The translations under genes were made by a program, and so were the position numbers. Below the pieces are notes generated by a model. The model had not been told where the DNA came from. It saw only the letters and a list, made by a program, of their open reading frames with translations, and made no database searches. DNA of 64,000 nt from Felis catus (taxonomy: Eukaryota), in the NCBI RefSeq assembly GCF_018350175.1, contig NC_058368.1, positions 78,308,001 to 78,372,000 on the forward strand, in the 5' to 3' direction. Positions 39,401 to 53,330 of this stretch are shown here, piece by piece; positions within the stretch are counted from its first letter, which is position 1, and each line of letters opens with the position of its first letter.

Positions 39401-40372
39401 TATTCATTTCTTATTTTTGTAAGATTTGGTTTGAGGTGGGAATAGGTTTGTTTGGTCCAATACGGAATGAAGGCCATATTCAATTTTATATAAATTATCT
39501 CCCAATCTCAGTTTAAGAGAAATTTCATTGTTGAGTCCCTTTCTTCCTTAAGGTTAGGAAAAAATAGGGTAAACTTTTTAAAGGATGTCACAGAAGTCAC
39601 TTTTAAAATTAGGTCATGATTGAGATGTATTGAACTCCTCCAGTGACCACTCCCCTCCATTTTTCCTATTAAGTTTGACAACAATTATGAAGAAAAAAAA
39701 CTGTGAAAAATACTAGTTATAATGCTTTTGGATTATCCACTTAAGTTTGTGTATTTTCATATCACTCAGGTAAAGTTGGAAATGACAGAGCACAGACATC
39801 TATTTTTTAAATCAATAGGGTAGAAAATGAAAAGCACTTCTGTTTATTTATATTACCATATATGCAATCATCTTAGCTAATCAGACGTAATATATTCATT
39901 TGTATAGCAAAATAAATGCATTCATCCTAATTATAGTCAACACGTTTTTGCCAAATGGTGCAAATATACCTCCATTTATATTTTGTATCTTAAAATTGTA
40001 GTTTAAAAATAGGACTATGTATAAGAGACACTTTTTACAAAAAGTGCCATATATACATATGTAACAGGGATGAGTGTGTGTTGTTTCATATAATTTATAA
40101 CAATTTCTGTCAGTACAGTGAATACTGAAAATGTGTTTTCAACACATCTAGGTACATTCAGGATAAGAGAAGTTAACCCAGTCTCATGTAAATCATATTT
40201 TTGTTATTTGCCATATTTTATTTGAAGCAGTAATACAATTTTATAACAAATTTGAATGTTATAGTACACAGACAGTGTACTAGCCATAGCAAGCAAACAT
40301 TTACATTTGGTTTTTCATTTACAATAGATTTCTTTTAGAATATACTTTCTATTTTTCTGTACTGACATATGC

Positions 40373-40392
40373 AATAAATTGATAACATTAAA
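40373..40392 (+). terminator. ABHD13: Probable distal ABHD13 poly(A) signals (AATAAA then ATTAAA)
   Basis: Tandem hexamers at the end of a ~4 kb AT-rich, SINE-free stretch, followed by T/GT-rich sequence. Confidence 0.6.
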
Positions 40393-43300
40393 AGTTTGAT
40401 TAATGTCTTAAGATAGTTTGTATTTAGTCTCCCCCCCCCCCCAATTTTCTATTAGCCTAAATTATATGGTAGAACATTAAGGTTTCCTTAATGGTTAAAT
40501 AAAATTTCTGAATTTGTGCGGAAATTAATGAATTTTTATTGTAGTAATGGTGTGGATGATAAGTGTAAGTTAGATTTATATTCTCTTTTTTCATATTATT
40601 CTCCCACAGACATTTAATTTAATAGTAAATGTTTTCTGTATATGAGCTGCTGGTGAATGAATAGGCCCCAAAGCATTTGATGAGTTAAATGAATCTGGGA
40701 ATGAATAAATTTTAACTGTTCACAGTCCTGTTGTGTTCAGATTTCATAAGTGCCTTTTCACAAAATTCTGGTCTTTTATTTTTCTCCCATTACTATTGAG
40801 TTGATGGTTGAAGATGATTAAAAATTGCCTGATGCTCATTCAGTCTTCAAGAGTCTGTAGCTTGCTTTCCCTGACAAGAAACTCACATGCTTCAGTAGTG
40901 TCAGAACCAGTTGGATAATAGGAAATGTATTACAATTACAATACAATACAAAATGTCACAAACCTAAATGGCTGTCTACCGGTGGAGATGAAGAGTTCAC
41001 CTATTCGAGACCACCCTTCATGAACAGATGTAGGGGGAGATAGGATCTCCTGTAGATTTCCCTGAAAGACTGCCAACCTGAATCCCAAGAGGAAGTAGTT
41101 TTGAGATTCCTCAGTTCTTACTCTCCAAAAAAAAAGTTTTCACATTCCCATTTCACTCTCCAACTCTTGTTTTACATTCTGTTGCATGCTAAAAGTCATC
41201 AACCGTTGGTTCTGTTCAGAGAATAGACCAGTTACCTTGTTAAGGACAAGGGAGGGAAAGACATTTTTTGAATACCTACAAGTGTTCAGACCCGAGTGTA
41301 GAGCATGCTAGTGACCATTGAAGCCCCACAACAAACCTTTGAGTAATTTGTTCAGGAGTAATTTACTCTTTAGGAGCACTTCCAAAAAAATTGGCTGTCA
41401 ATCAAAAATTAGAAATACTACGCAGCAAACCACACTTTCCCCAAAATATTTGTTTTTCTGTAGGAAAAGCTAGAAGTTAGCCTTGAAATACTTCTCATTC
41501 TCTTTTTTCAGCCCTTGATGGATCATAGATAACCAAAGCTCAAAAAAATAGGGGAGTTCTCTTCCTCGTGTACTGAAATAGATACTTTGGAAACTGATTC
41601 TTTTTCCAGTCCGATTTCTTTTGCATCCTTAACCACCACTGCCCTGAAATGATTTCACAGTAGGTAGGTCTTCTGTTGAATGCTTGTGACATGCCAGGGA
41701 CTGCCCTGACTCCTTTTTGTTCTTTATTCCTGATCACTGACTAGTTTGTAGAACTGGTTTCCAACTTCACTGATCTCACTCCTTGATCTTTGTCCTGTTC
41801 TAACTTGCCAAAACAACACACCTTTCCCTCACAAAGGGCACTTAGTGACTGCCATCTCTCTATTTAGAGTCAGACTTCTTGGTCCCTTGGGTCCTTCACA
41901 AAGTAAACTTAGCCAAGTTCTAAAAGGTGGCGACTCTTTCAGGAGTCCGACTCCTTTCTCTTCTATGTAGTTGAACATGCCAGGGGCTTTCACCTCTAAA
42001 TCGAATGCCGTTTCACCTCGTTAGGCTCCCACACCCATAACCCAAATTCCTGGTAGTTCTAGGAATAGTTTCTCCTTTCCGTAGAGCAGTTGCCCTCACT
42101 ACCTTTTATGGTTTGATACTTCGTTATATTCACTTCAGTTCTTTGTTACTCACTGTCTGATTTCCCTTTTGTATGTCTTTCTTCTGCAATAAACCAAGAT
42201 CTGACAGGCTGCAGTGTGATTTCTTTGTGTCTGACCTAGCACCTAGCACCATGCTGAGCCCTTTCTGGTGCTTAGTAGGTGTCCCATGTGGAATGTGTTC
42301 ACCAAAGTTAGCCCACATTTTTCCTTCTCTAAGAATGAAGATGCACAAATATTTTGTATTTCTTTAAGGTTTAGACAAAACTTGTAAGGGGAAGGAAATG
42401 CACCCACACACACATACCTAGCTGGTGATTAAAGTAGAAACATCAGAAGTTGCCCGGGTGATTAAATCACCCTTCAGAGGGGGGAGAAAAGGCAATAATT
42501 ATGCAAGACGCATGCCACTTGCAGGCTGTAACTTAAGCTGAGCAGAGGAGAGAGACAAAGGTGAAAATACACTTGAAAAGAGACAAGGAGCAGGGAGGGT
42601 GGGTATGGAACAGAGATGAGATGTGATCACTAAGCCTGGCAGTGACCAGTAGAAGTGGTATAGGGTAAGACAAGAAGGACCACAAAGCTAGCAGGCATGC
42701 TGGCAGAAAGCCAAAGAACCCCTTGTCTTGAGATTTCTACTCTGGTTGGTAGTGATTATGCCCCAGTTTTGTTATCTTCCATTATAATCATGTGCCTGTA
42801 GTTCCCTATAAAAATTTTTTATCATGATCCCTATTATTATTTTTTAAACCAATAAGATATGCATCTCATGTGGCATATTGGTATGTTTGTGGCCTTTATT
42901 CCCAGGACATGTTCCCTGGGGTGTAAGTGAGTTCAAGGCTCCTCTAGAGACCCTGCAAGCCTCTAAACCCAGAACAGACTGGGTTAGGGAGAGAGAAGCT
43001 CAAAATCTCTGGAGACCATTGGTAAACAATTGTAGCAGTTCTCCCATTGCCTTGGACACAGAGTTGGCGTCCAAGAAATACCGGGTGAATGAAAAATATA
43101 CCATGGAAATAGCAAGTACTCCAATTACAATGATATTGATGGAAAATGGATGTAAATACCTCTGCACTCCAGAGACATCTGCAAGAGCAGGCCTCAAAAG
43201 GCTGCACTACGCATTACAGGGTTCATCTAAGTATTGAAGTTAGGGTGGTTATGAAGGTCATGGGGCCAGTGTAAGTGACATTTTCATCATTGAAACAGAG

Positions 43301-43680
43301 AAAGGTTAGCTTGCATAACATACTGTGTTTACTAGAATACCAAGTAGTTGGGGTAGGTGGCTAATAATGCTTTACACTGTCTTTCCATTAAAAGAAATGT
43401 AAATTCTTGAGGGGCAATTTAAACATTTTCATATACTCTTGACGAATTGTAGGTTCTAGACCATCGTCCTACAGGTCCTACTAGAACTGTCCCATGAAGA
43501 CCAGTTTTCTCGGGTCGACCTCATATTTGGCATATGTATATTGCATATCTTAATTATTTGTCTTTAATTTTTCAAGGGGGAGCTAATCCAAAATACAAAC
43601 CATTTGTGTTCTAATAGCGTCATGTGTTTCCCTTATTTGAATGATTGTTGCTTAGAGCCTAAAATTTAAGAAAATAGATA

Positions 43681-43894
43681 TTTTTTTAAATTTTTTTAAC
43701 GTTTATTTATTTTTGAGACAGAGACAGAGCGTGAACGGGGGAAGGTCAGAGAGAGGGAGACACAGAATCAGAAACAGGCTCCAGGCTCCGAGCTGTCAGC
43801 ACAGAGCCCGACGCGGGGCTCGAACTCACGGACCGCGAGATCATGACCTGAGCCGAAGTCGGCCGCTCAACCGACTGAGCCACCCAGGCGCCCC
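43681..43894 (-). mobile_element. CanSINE (young)
   Basis: Full-length reverse copy; perfect TSD aagaaaatagatatt. Confidence 0.95.
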
Positions 43895-44691
43895 AAGAAA
43901 ATAGATATTAATGGCGAGTAACTCACTGCCCTTTAATTCTTATTGTTAGTAGAACTGGAGGAGAAGAAAGGACGAGGGGCCAATCTACCTGAGAAATAGG
44001 TCATTTTAGTGAAGGGTGTTCTTATCTCATCCTGAGCTTTGGGAGAATGCAAAGGAGTGATGATCCTGGCATGTGAAAAAAGTGCAGGCCTAGATTATAA
44101 TGGGGCACAGAAAATAGCCCTCTTTTTTTACTTCCCTCAAGATTAAAGAGCCCTGTGGCATCTTGTTGGATTCTGCTTTCCTGCTTAAACTTCTCACTTC
44201 TTCCTCTGGAGACATTAGTCTTTCAATTCTCGTCCCACGCCCACTTGTTCATTCTCTACCCACCCTTTCATTATGTCATTCTTGTTGTTTTCAACAATCC
44301 GAAGCTTACAGAAAAGGTAAAGGTAAGGTAAAAACTTTTAAGGAAGCATTTGAAAGTAAATTCCCAAGGGAATGCCCCATCCTCTCTGAATACTTCAACG
44401 TGTTTTTAGTGAACATTCTCCTGCATGTGTACTGGTAATGCAACCTATAAAACCAGGAAACTAACACAAGTCCATTACTACACCTACTTCTCAGATCTCA
44501 TTCACACTTGGCCAGTTATTCCAATATCATTTGTGGGAAAAGTGTCTCCTTATTGAGTGTAGGTGCAGAACCCCTCAACAGAATACTGTCAAACCAAATC
44601 CAGCAAAATAGAAAAGGATTACGGACCCTGATCAAGACCATGTGATCCTTATCATAGGAACGTAAGATTGATTTAGAGCCCGAGTTAATGC

Positions 44692-45066
44692 TATACATTA
44701 GTCAGCTTGGGCTGCTTCAACAGAATACCACAGACTGGTGGTTTAAACAACAGACATTTATTTTCTCACAGTTCTGGAAGGTAGGGGTTCATGATCAAGG
44801 AGCCAGCAAATTTGATTTCTGGAAAGAGCTCTCTTACTGGCTTGTAGATGGTCTTCTTGATGTGTCCTACATGGCCTTTCGTCTGTGAGTTGATGTAAAG
44901 AGATCTCTTCCTTTTCTTATGAGGATCCCAGCTATCAAGTTAGGGTACCACGATTATGACCATATTTAACTTTATCCCTTTAAAGGCCATATCTCCTAAA
45001 GCAGTCACACTGAGGGTTAGGGCTTCAACATAGGAGTTTCTGGAGGACACAATTCAGTCCCTGATA
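44692..45066 (-). mobile_element. MLT1-type MaLR LTR
   Basis: ATTAGTCAGCTTGGGCTGC...ATACCACAGACTGG...CATTTATTTTCTCACAGTTCTGGA...GACACAATTCAGTCC. Confidence 0.82.
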
Positions 45067-46557
45067 CCATATGAACAGGAAAAAGCATTTGACAACATCC
45101 AACACACTTTGTTCATGAAAAACACTCAACAAACTAGGAATTGAAGGAAAATTAAGCTCATAATGAACATTTATAAAATGCAGCTAACATTGTATTTCAA
45201 GGTAAAAGACTGAAAGCCTTCCTCCTTAAGATCAGGAACAAGACAAGGATAGATACTCTTGCCACTTCTATTCAACATTATACTGGAGGCTCTGTGCAGA
45301 GCGATTAGGCGAGAAAATAAAAAGTATCCAGATCAGAAGGGAAGAAGTAAAACTATAGTTGTAGGTGAAATGATTTGTATATAGAAAATCCTAAGGAATC
45401 CACTAAAATCAGAAGTAATAAATGAGTTCATTGAGGTTTCAGGATTCAAGATTAAGGTGCACAAATATTTATATCTATGTACCATTAATAAATAGCCCAA
45501 ACATGGCAGTGTTGTGGGTTGAATTGTGTACCCCCCCAAACGGATTTTTGACAAAAATGCCAAGACAGTTCATTATAGAAAGGACAATCTTTTCAACAGA
45601 TGGTGATGCGTCAACTGGATGTTCACATGCAAATGAATAATTTGGATTCCTACACCACACTGTACAAAAAGTAACTCCAAATGGAACAAAGACCTAGAAG
45701 AAAATGTAGCCACAATCTTTGTGACTTTGGTTAGATTAGGCAATGGTTTCTGAGGTATGACACCAAAACAAGCAGCAAAAGAGAAAAAAAAAATAGGTAA
45801 ATTGAGCTTGCTAAAAATTTTTTAAAATGTGCCTCAAAGAACATTATCAAGAGAGTGAGAAAAATAACCTACACAATGACAGAAAATATGTAGGCATCAC
45901 ATATCTGATAAGGGACTTGTTTCTAGAATATGCAAACATTACAACACAACAATATAAACACAACCCAATTTAAAAATGGACAAAAGGATTTGAATACATT
46001 CTCCAAAGAAGATACACACGTGGCCAATAAGCACGTAAAAAGATACTCAATGTCATTAGTAATAAGGGCAGTGTGAATCAAAACCACGATGAGATAGCGC
46101 TTCACACCCACAAGGATGGATATAATCAAAAAGAAAACAATAAGTGTCAGCGAGAATGTGGAGAAAGTTTCAACACTCACATTGCTCGTGGTTATGTAAG
46201 AGGGAGGAGACGTTTTGGAAAACAGTCTAGCAGTTCATATAATGTTAAAAATGGAGTTAACATATGACCCAGGACTTCTACTCTTGGGTATATATCCAAG
46301 AGAACTGAAAATCTGGTCACAAAAAACTTGATTGTGCACAGTTATTCATAGCAGCATTATTCATAATAGCAAAAAAAGTGGAACCAATCCAAGTGTCCAT
46401 TAAGTAATGGTTGAATAAACAAAATGTCATGTGCCCATACATGAATGTAATGTTCTTCTGCAATAAAAAGAAATGAAATACTACTAGATGCTAAAACATG
46501 AATGAACCTTGAAAACATTATACAAAGTGAAAGAAGCCAGTCACAAAAGACTGTGTA

Positions 46558-46863
46558 TAGCTGGCCCTTGGACAACACGGGTTTGAACTGCGCAGATCCA
46601 CTTACACACGGATCTTTTAAATAGAAATACAGTATGTATTTTTCTCTTATGATTTTCTTAACACCTAGTTTCCTCTAGCTTTATTATAAGCATACGGTGT
46701 ATAATACATATACAAAGTATACTTCAGTCAACTGTTATTGGTAAGGCTTTTGGTCAGCAGTAGGCTATCAGTAGTTAAGTTTTGGGGGAGTCACAAGTTA
46801 TATATGAGTTTACAGCTGTGTGGGGGTTCAGCCCCCTAACTTCCGTTGTTCAACGTTCAACTG
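46558..46863. mobile_element. TcMar-Tigger MITE (Tigger2/MER8-like)
   Basis: Imperfect terminal inverted repeats (TAGCTGGCCCTTGGACAACACG ... CGTTGTTCAACGTTCAACTG) with TA on both flanks. Confidence 0.8.
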
Positions 46864-48900
46864 TACCATATGATTCCATTCATTTGCAGTGTCCAAAATG
46901 GGTGCCTCTGTTGAGACAAAAAAGATAAATGGCTGTCTAAAAGAGGCACTGAGGGGAAATGGGGAGTGACTACTGATGGATACAGAGTTTCTTTTTGGGG
47001 TGATGACAATGTTCTGAAATAGATATTATCTACCTGTATTCACTATATGAAAATGCTTCACCTTTAAACCCGTGAAGAGCGTTGCAGGTAAATTACATCT
47101 CAATAAAGCTGTTATAATAGGTGAGGCCATTTAGGACTATTCTAAGTAAAAAAAAAAACAACAACTTGGATTCAAATGATAGTGTTGGATCTGTATACAA
47201 GTGGCTGGATTCAAGATATACTTGGGATGTAGCTGGTGGGGAGGAGTGTGGAAGAATACAGAATGAATAGTTCTGTATCTCTGCCTTTAATACCTGGATG
47301 ATTAGGAGAACACAAGAAGGTCTTGAGAGAAACACCAGGAGTTCCAGTTGATTTTATAATGAGTTGGAAGTGCCTGTAAGACAAACTAATGAGCATTTTT
47401 CATTCTTTTGACTGCACAGCACCCATCCTTTGCTCTGGCAGTTCTATTGGATGAGTCAGAGCTGGTCTCCCAGTGTGGGATGCTCCTCTCACAGCAAAGG
47501 TGCAGGTTCTGTCTGTAACCCAGACTTTGTCAACCAGACACAGTTGCCCCAGACTTTGAAGTGGAGGGTGGTAACATGGAAAAGGAAGGCCATACAAAAT
47601 GCACACTAGGGCGGCGGTAGCCATGAGCAGCCGCTCAGAGCCTCCAGAGCCTGTGGCTCTGACGGTTTCCCAGATACAGGAATGCACGTGGCGGTGTAGG
47701 CTCAAGGGCCTGTGCTAATGGCAGCAGCAGAGGTATTCCTGTGGGCCCAATTCTGCAGTGTGATCAGGAGGGGATATATAGATACAGAGCCTCCATGCAC
47801 GATTCCCTAGTTCTTTACAAAGATTCTGGAAGTTATCCCAAATCCATTCAGTGAAATCCTTTTCTGTTTAGTTAGCTAGAGGCGATTTTTGTCATTTGCA
47901 AAAACAAGAGAAGCCTGAAGGACACGACATCCAACAGGTCATTAGGTTCTGGGACAGAGATCTGAAGCTAGGCATTGGCGTAGCCATCAATGACATCACA
48001 AGAATGGGTGGTGCATGACAATGTGTGCTTAATGCACCGAGCTGTATATTTAAAAAACAGATAAAGTGGTAAATTTTATGTTATGTATGTTTTACCGCAG
48101 TGTAAAAAAAAAAAAAAAGAGAGAGAAAGAGAAAGACAGAAAGAGAATGTTGAGGGCAAATGTCTAAAAGGAAGGGTAGGACCTACCCTGAGGAACTTGA
48201 ACATTTAAATGATAGGAGAGGAGAAGATCTCCCTAGAGGAGAAAGAGAATGAGACGTCTTGTGGGACTCTTTGCATAGCTGGCACTTGATGGTTCAGAAC
48301 AGGGCTTGCTCACCATGTGAATGAATGAATGAGCTCAATGCTCAACTAGAGGACTTCTGAGGCTGTGGATTATTGATTGCTTATGCAAATACGCATGAGT
48401 TATCAAAGTTGGTGGATAGTATCCTGGTGAAAAAGATTAGCAAATTGGTGTCGCAGGAAAGAACGGCTTCTTTTATCACAGGGCAGAGTCCACAGGAACT
48501 AAAGTGGGACAGGCGGCTCTCAGCCCCATCCTGCTGACTGTCACTGCATGTGACAAGAAGCAAGGCGCCACCTCTGAAGCACTTGGGTTAACAGTCTTAA
48601 CCCATAACCACATTCTCAACGCACACTTTGATTCGATGGGTTGCTTGTCTATTAAGTAAGGTTTATGCATGGATTTAGGTCATTATCAATAACCTTCATT
48701 ACTACTGGAATACCACACCTTTATTTAATTAATAACATCAACTTCTTTAGGTTGACAATAAAAATGACGGCAAAGTTAACTCTTTTCTTTTTTTCCTTAG
48801 CTGGATACTTAGAGGTTCCAGAAACAAACGTATTCACAAGCAAGTGTAGAAAGAGAGTGGCATTTATGTTTAGACTTTCGGTTACCTTGAAATTTTTTGT

Positions 48901-49077
48901 TTTTTTTTTTTAATTTTTTAGTGTTTTATTTATTTTTTGAGAGAGAGAGAGAAAGAGAAAGAGAGCGTGAGCAGGGGAGGGGCAGAGAGAGGGGGAGACA
49001 CAGAATCGGAAGCAGGCTCCAGGCTCTGAGCTGTCAGCACAGAGCCCGATGAGGGACTCGAACCCACGAACTGCGAG
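48901..49077 (-). mobile_element. 5'-truncated CanSINE followed by (GTTT)n
   Basis: Tail, (GA)n and 3' half of the head present; A-box end missing. Confidence 0.88.
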
Positions 49078-49667
49078 GTGAAGTTTTTGTTTGTTTGTTT
49101 GTTTGTTTGTTTGTTTGTTTTGACTTATAACCAGTCACTAACCAAGAGCAGAAGATCAAGGCAGTCTATTCCAGTATTGACTCTCTTTGCTGCCATCGTA
49201 GGGGGGCGGGGCAGGGAAGTTGGTTGGTTGAGAAAGACTATCTCTGGCCTTTTTATTTTGTTCCATTGACTTCTCTATCTTTATTTCAGTACTACTCTCT
49301 TATTGAATCTTTATAGAAAGTTTTGAAATCATTTAGTGCAAATCCTCAATATTTATTTTTTTTCAAGATTTTTTAACTGTTAGGAATCATTTGCATTTCC
49401 ATACACATACTGAAATCAGCATGTTACTTTCTAAAAAGAAAAAGCCTGCAAATTGATGAACTATTTATCAATTTCAGTCAAATTAATATCCTAAAAATAT
49501 TCATCTTTAGGCTTTAAGTTCTCTCAGCATCCTTTTTAAATTTGTAATTTATCTTCAAATAGTACTTACATTTTTCCTTCTCTTGCCTTTGTGCTATTTT
49601 AGTCAGCTATTTTGCTTCTATGAGGCTTATACATTTCATAATTATTATTTTGTCATCAGTTATTTAT

Positions 49668-51645
49668 CTTTTTTGTGGTAAAAGTCACATAGCAAAATGT
49701 ACAATCTTAATCCTTTTTAAATGAACAGTAGTGTTAGCAATATGCACCTTGTGCTTCTAGAACATTTTTATCTTACAGAACTGGAGCTCTGTCCCCACTC
49801 AGTGACTCCCCTCCCCCTTTCCCCCAGCCCCTGACAACTGTCTTTCAACCTTTCGTTCCTATAAATTTGGCTGCTTCAGATTTTTCACTTGAGTGGGAGT
49901 AGGCAATGTTTTTCTTTTTGTCACTGACATTCGCATAGCACAATGTCCTCAAGATTTATCCGTGTTGCAACTGATGACAGGGTTTCCTTCTATTTTAAGG
50001 CGGAATAGTATTTATTCCATTGTATGTAGACACCACATTTTCTTTCTCCACTCATCGGTCGATGGACATTAAGGTTCCACGTCTTGGCTATTGTGAATAA
50101 TGTTTCAATGAACATAGGTGTGCACATATCTCTTTGAGATCCTGTTGTCAATCATTTTGGATGTATACTAGGAAGTGAGAGTTGCTGGATTATATGCTAG
50201 TTCTATTTTTAACTTCTTGAGGGACCTTCATACTGCTTTCCATAGCAGCTATAGTATTTTGCATTCCCACCAACAGAGCACGAGGGTACAACTTTTTACA
50301 CATCCTCGCCAACATTTCGTTTTCTGCTTTGTGACCATCTAGTGAGTGTGAGGTGCTATCTCACTGTGGTTTTGATTTGCATCTCTCCAATGATTAGTGA
50401 TGTTGAACATCTTTTTCATGTGCATGTTGACCATCTGTATATCTTCTTTGGAGAAATGTCTGTTCAAGTCTTTTGCCCATTGTTAACTCAGGTTGTTTGG
50501 GGTTTGCTGGGCTGTAGTTCTTTATATATCCTGGATATTGCTGCCTTATCAGATATGTGGCTAGCAATATTTTCTCATTCTGTCAGTTGCCTTTTCATTT
50601 TGCTGTTTCCTTGGCTGTGAAAAAGTTTTTAAGCTTGATATAGTCTCAATTGTCTATTTTTGTTTTTTAATGCCTGCTCCTTTGGTGTCATATCTAAGAA
50701 ATCCTTGTCAAATCCAACATCTTGAGGTTTTTCCTATATGCTTTCTTCTACGAGTTTATAGTTTCAGGTCTTAAGTTTAGGTCTTTACTCTATTTTGAGG
50801 TGGCTTTGGTATATGGAATTGATGTAAGGGTCCCACTTCATGTGGGTGTCCAGTTTTCCCAGCACCCTTTGTTGAAGAGAGTCCTCTCCCCACTGTGTGC
50901 CTCTGGCAACTTTGTCAAAGATCCTTTGATCATATTCATGGCCATACGCTTATTTCTGGGCTCTCTATTCTGTTCTCTTAGTCTATATATCTATTTTCAT
51001 ACCAGTAACACACTGTTTTAACTACCGTCACTTTATGCTATGTTTTGAATTTAAGAAGTGTGAGGTGAAGCTTTGTTGTCTTTTCCCCTTAAGATTGTGT
51101 TGGCTATTAGGAGACCATGGAAATTCCATATGAATTTTAATATGATTATTTCTATTCCTGCAAAAAAATGCCATTAATATTTTGACAGGGATTGCATTGA
51201 ATCTGTAGGTCACTTTGAGTATTATGGTGATTTGAAAGATACTAAGTCTTCCAGTCTGTGAATACCGACTGTTTTTCTATTTATTTGTGTCTTGTTTGAT
51301 TACTTTCAGCATCGGTTCCTAGTTTTTAGTGTTCATGTCTTGTGCTTGCTTGGTTAACTTTAACCCTCATTATTTCATTCTTCTTAAATACTATAGTAGG
51401 TGGGATTATATTCGTAATTTCCTTCAGATTGTTCATTGTTATTGTACAGAAGCACAACTGATTTTTGTGTGTGCATTTTATATTGTACAACTTTGCTGAA
51501 TTTATTTATTGGTTCTGTTTAGGGTTTTTATGGAATCTTACTGTTTTCTACACATAAGATCATGTCATCTGTAAACAGGGACAATTTTACTGCTTCTTTC
51601 CAATTTTGGATCCCTTTTATTTCTTATTCTTGCCTAATTGCTCTA
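49668..51645 (-). mobile_element. L1M element (3' UTR plus degraded ORF2)
   Basis: Reverse-strand L1 3' end and ORF2-like peptide YRFNAIPVKILMAFF at 51028-51213. Confidence 0.88.
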
Positions 51646-51783
51646 GGGAACGTAGGAAAAGGGAAGAGGACATGATAAGCTTTTTTCTTTTTTATAGCAT
51701 TTTTAGCACAAATATATTTGTTTTGGAATATAGGAGTTCTAGAAAGATTTGTTGGAAATTATATTTTAAAAACATAAGAATTT

Positions 51784-51945
51784 GGGGTGCCTGGATGGCT
51801 CAGTTGGTTAAGCATCTGACTCTTAGTTTTGGCTCAGGTCATGATCTCACAGTTCGTGAGTTTGAGCCCCATATTGGGTTCCTTGCTGGGCGTGGAGCCT
51901 GCTTGGGACTCTCCCTCTCGCTGTCCCTTCCACACTTGTGCTCAT

Positions 51946-51996
<51 letters not shown>

Positions 51997-52040
51997 CTCC
52001 CTCCCTCCCTCCCTCTTTCAAAATACATAGATAAACTTTT
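51784..52040 (+). mobile_element. CanSINE with expanded (CT)n
   Basis: Full head; ~20 CT units; TSD ~cataagaattt. Confidence 0.93.
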
Positions 52041-52580
52041 AACAGCATAAGAATTTAATTTTTAGTAAAATTAATGTAGGATTAGGACATTTCAATATGG
52101 AGGTAGTTGGAGTAACAATTTAATTTGGTGTCAGTGTATGAACGACACACTGTTTTGTTTTCCAGGGTTAACAGGAACAAAATGTAAATGGTCAATAAGC
52201 CCCCATGCTGACAAGGGTACAAGGCAGTGTTGCTGGCGCTGTTGTGAACTGTTACATTTTGGAGACCAAATTGCATCTATGTATTCAACTTGAAGATTCA
52301 TTTGATCACTTTCAACCAAGTGTTTTCACTCTGGAGTCTGTCCCCAAAATATAATTAGATGAAGGCGTGTGTAAAATTATATTTTCATGTGGCATTTTTG
52401 TAGCAGCCAGAACACACAAGCAAACAAAAAACCTGCAAAGCGGCTTGAACCTCCATCAGTGGGAAATAATACAATACATTACAGAAGGAGTTAACTCTAT
52501 ACTTTTTGATCTGCAAAAGTACCCATGATATATTTACTGGAGAAAATGCAGTGCAACATGAATAGTAATAGTCTATTAGA

Positions 52581-52582
<2 letters not shown>

Positions 52583-52621
<39 letters not shown>

Positions 52622-52749
52622 TATATACATATATATGTATATGTACAGATATACACAGATATATGTATATGTACAGATATACACAGATATATGTATATGT
52701 ACAGATATACAGATATATGTGTATGTATATATGTACATATATATGTGTG

Positions 52750-52796
<47 letters not shown>

Positions 52797-52830
52797 TGTA
52801 TGTGTGTGTGTGTGTGCGTGTGTGTGTATA
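52583..52830. repeat. Compound (TA)n/(CA)n/(TG)n microsatellite with a 26-bp higher-order unit
   Basis: Seen directly; unit ATATGTATATGTACAGATATACACAG repeated about 2.8 times. Confidence 0.95.
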
Positions 52831-53142
52831 CCAACTCTTGACCCAGTGACATACCTCACAGTGTCCATGAGCTCAGTATATTTTTTTCTCATTAAAAGTT
52901 CAAAACAAAAATACACACATACATACACACAGAGGGGAGTGTTGGTATAGAATTCGTGTTATCTGACGCGCATATAATATACACAGTAGACACATTAAGC
53001 TGTTGATACTAATTACATGTCAGGGAAATAGACTGCTGTAGGTAGGAGAAAGAAGAAAGATCAGTAACTGGCATAGAATTCAAAATTGTACTGACCTAAA
53101 GTGTAAATGAAATAATGTTTAATAAAAGGGATCTTTAGACAT

Positions 53143-53330
53143 GGGCTGAGGCTGGGTGGCTCAGTCAGTTGAGTTTCTGACTTCGGCTCAGGTTCGTTAA
53201 TTTGAGCCCCGCACTGGGCTTTGTGCTGACAGCTCAGAGCCTGGAACCTACTTCAGATTCTGTGTCTCCCTCTCTCCCTGCCCCTGCCCCCCCCCCTCAA
53301 AAATGAATAAACATTAAAATTTTTTTAAAT
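53143..53330 (+). mobile_element. CanSINE with internal deletion
   Basis: Head lacks the CATGATCTCAC segment; TSD ~aaaaggatctttaSaca. Confidence 0.9.

Larger units (their letters stand above)
44540..47115 (+). mobile_element. Old L1M element with internal deletions, interrupted by an MLT1 LTR and a Tigger-type element
   Basis: ORF2-like DNA (AAAAAGCATTTGACAACATCCAACA; TAAGATCAGGAACAAGACAAGGAT) and 3' end ...TTACATCTCAATAAAGCTGTT. Confidence 0.8.

Noticed and set aside
47400..47930. Possible old LTR16/LTR33-like element
   Set aside because: Resemblance is too weak to assign a family or boundaries by eye.
52385..52928. Y/I/C-rich ORFs of up to 155 aa
   Set aside because: Translations of the (TA)n/(TG)n microsatellite.
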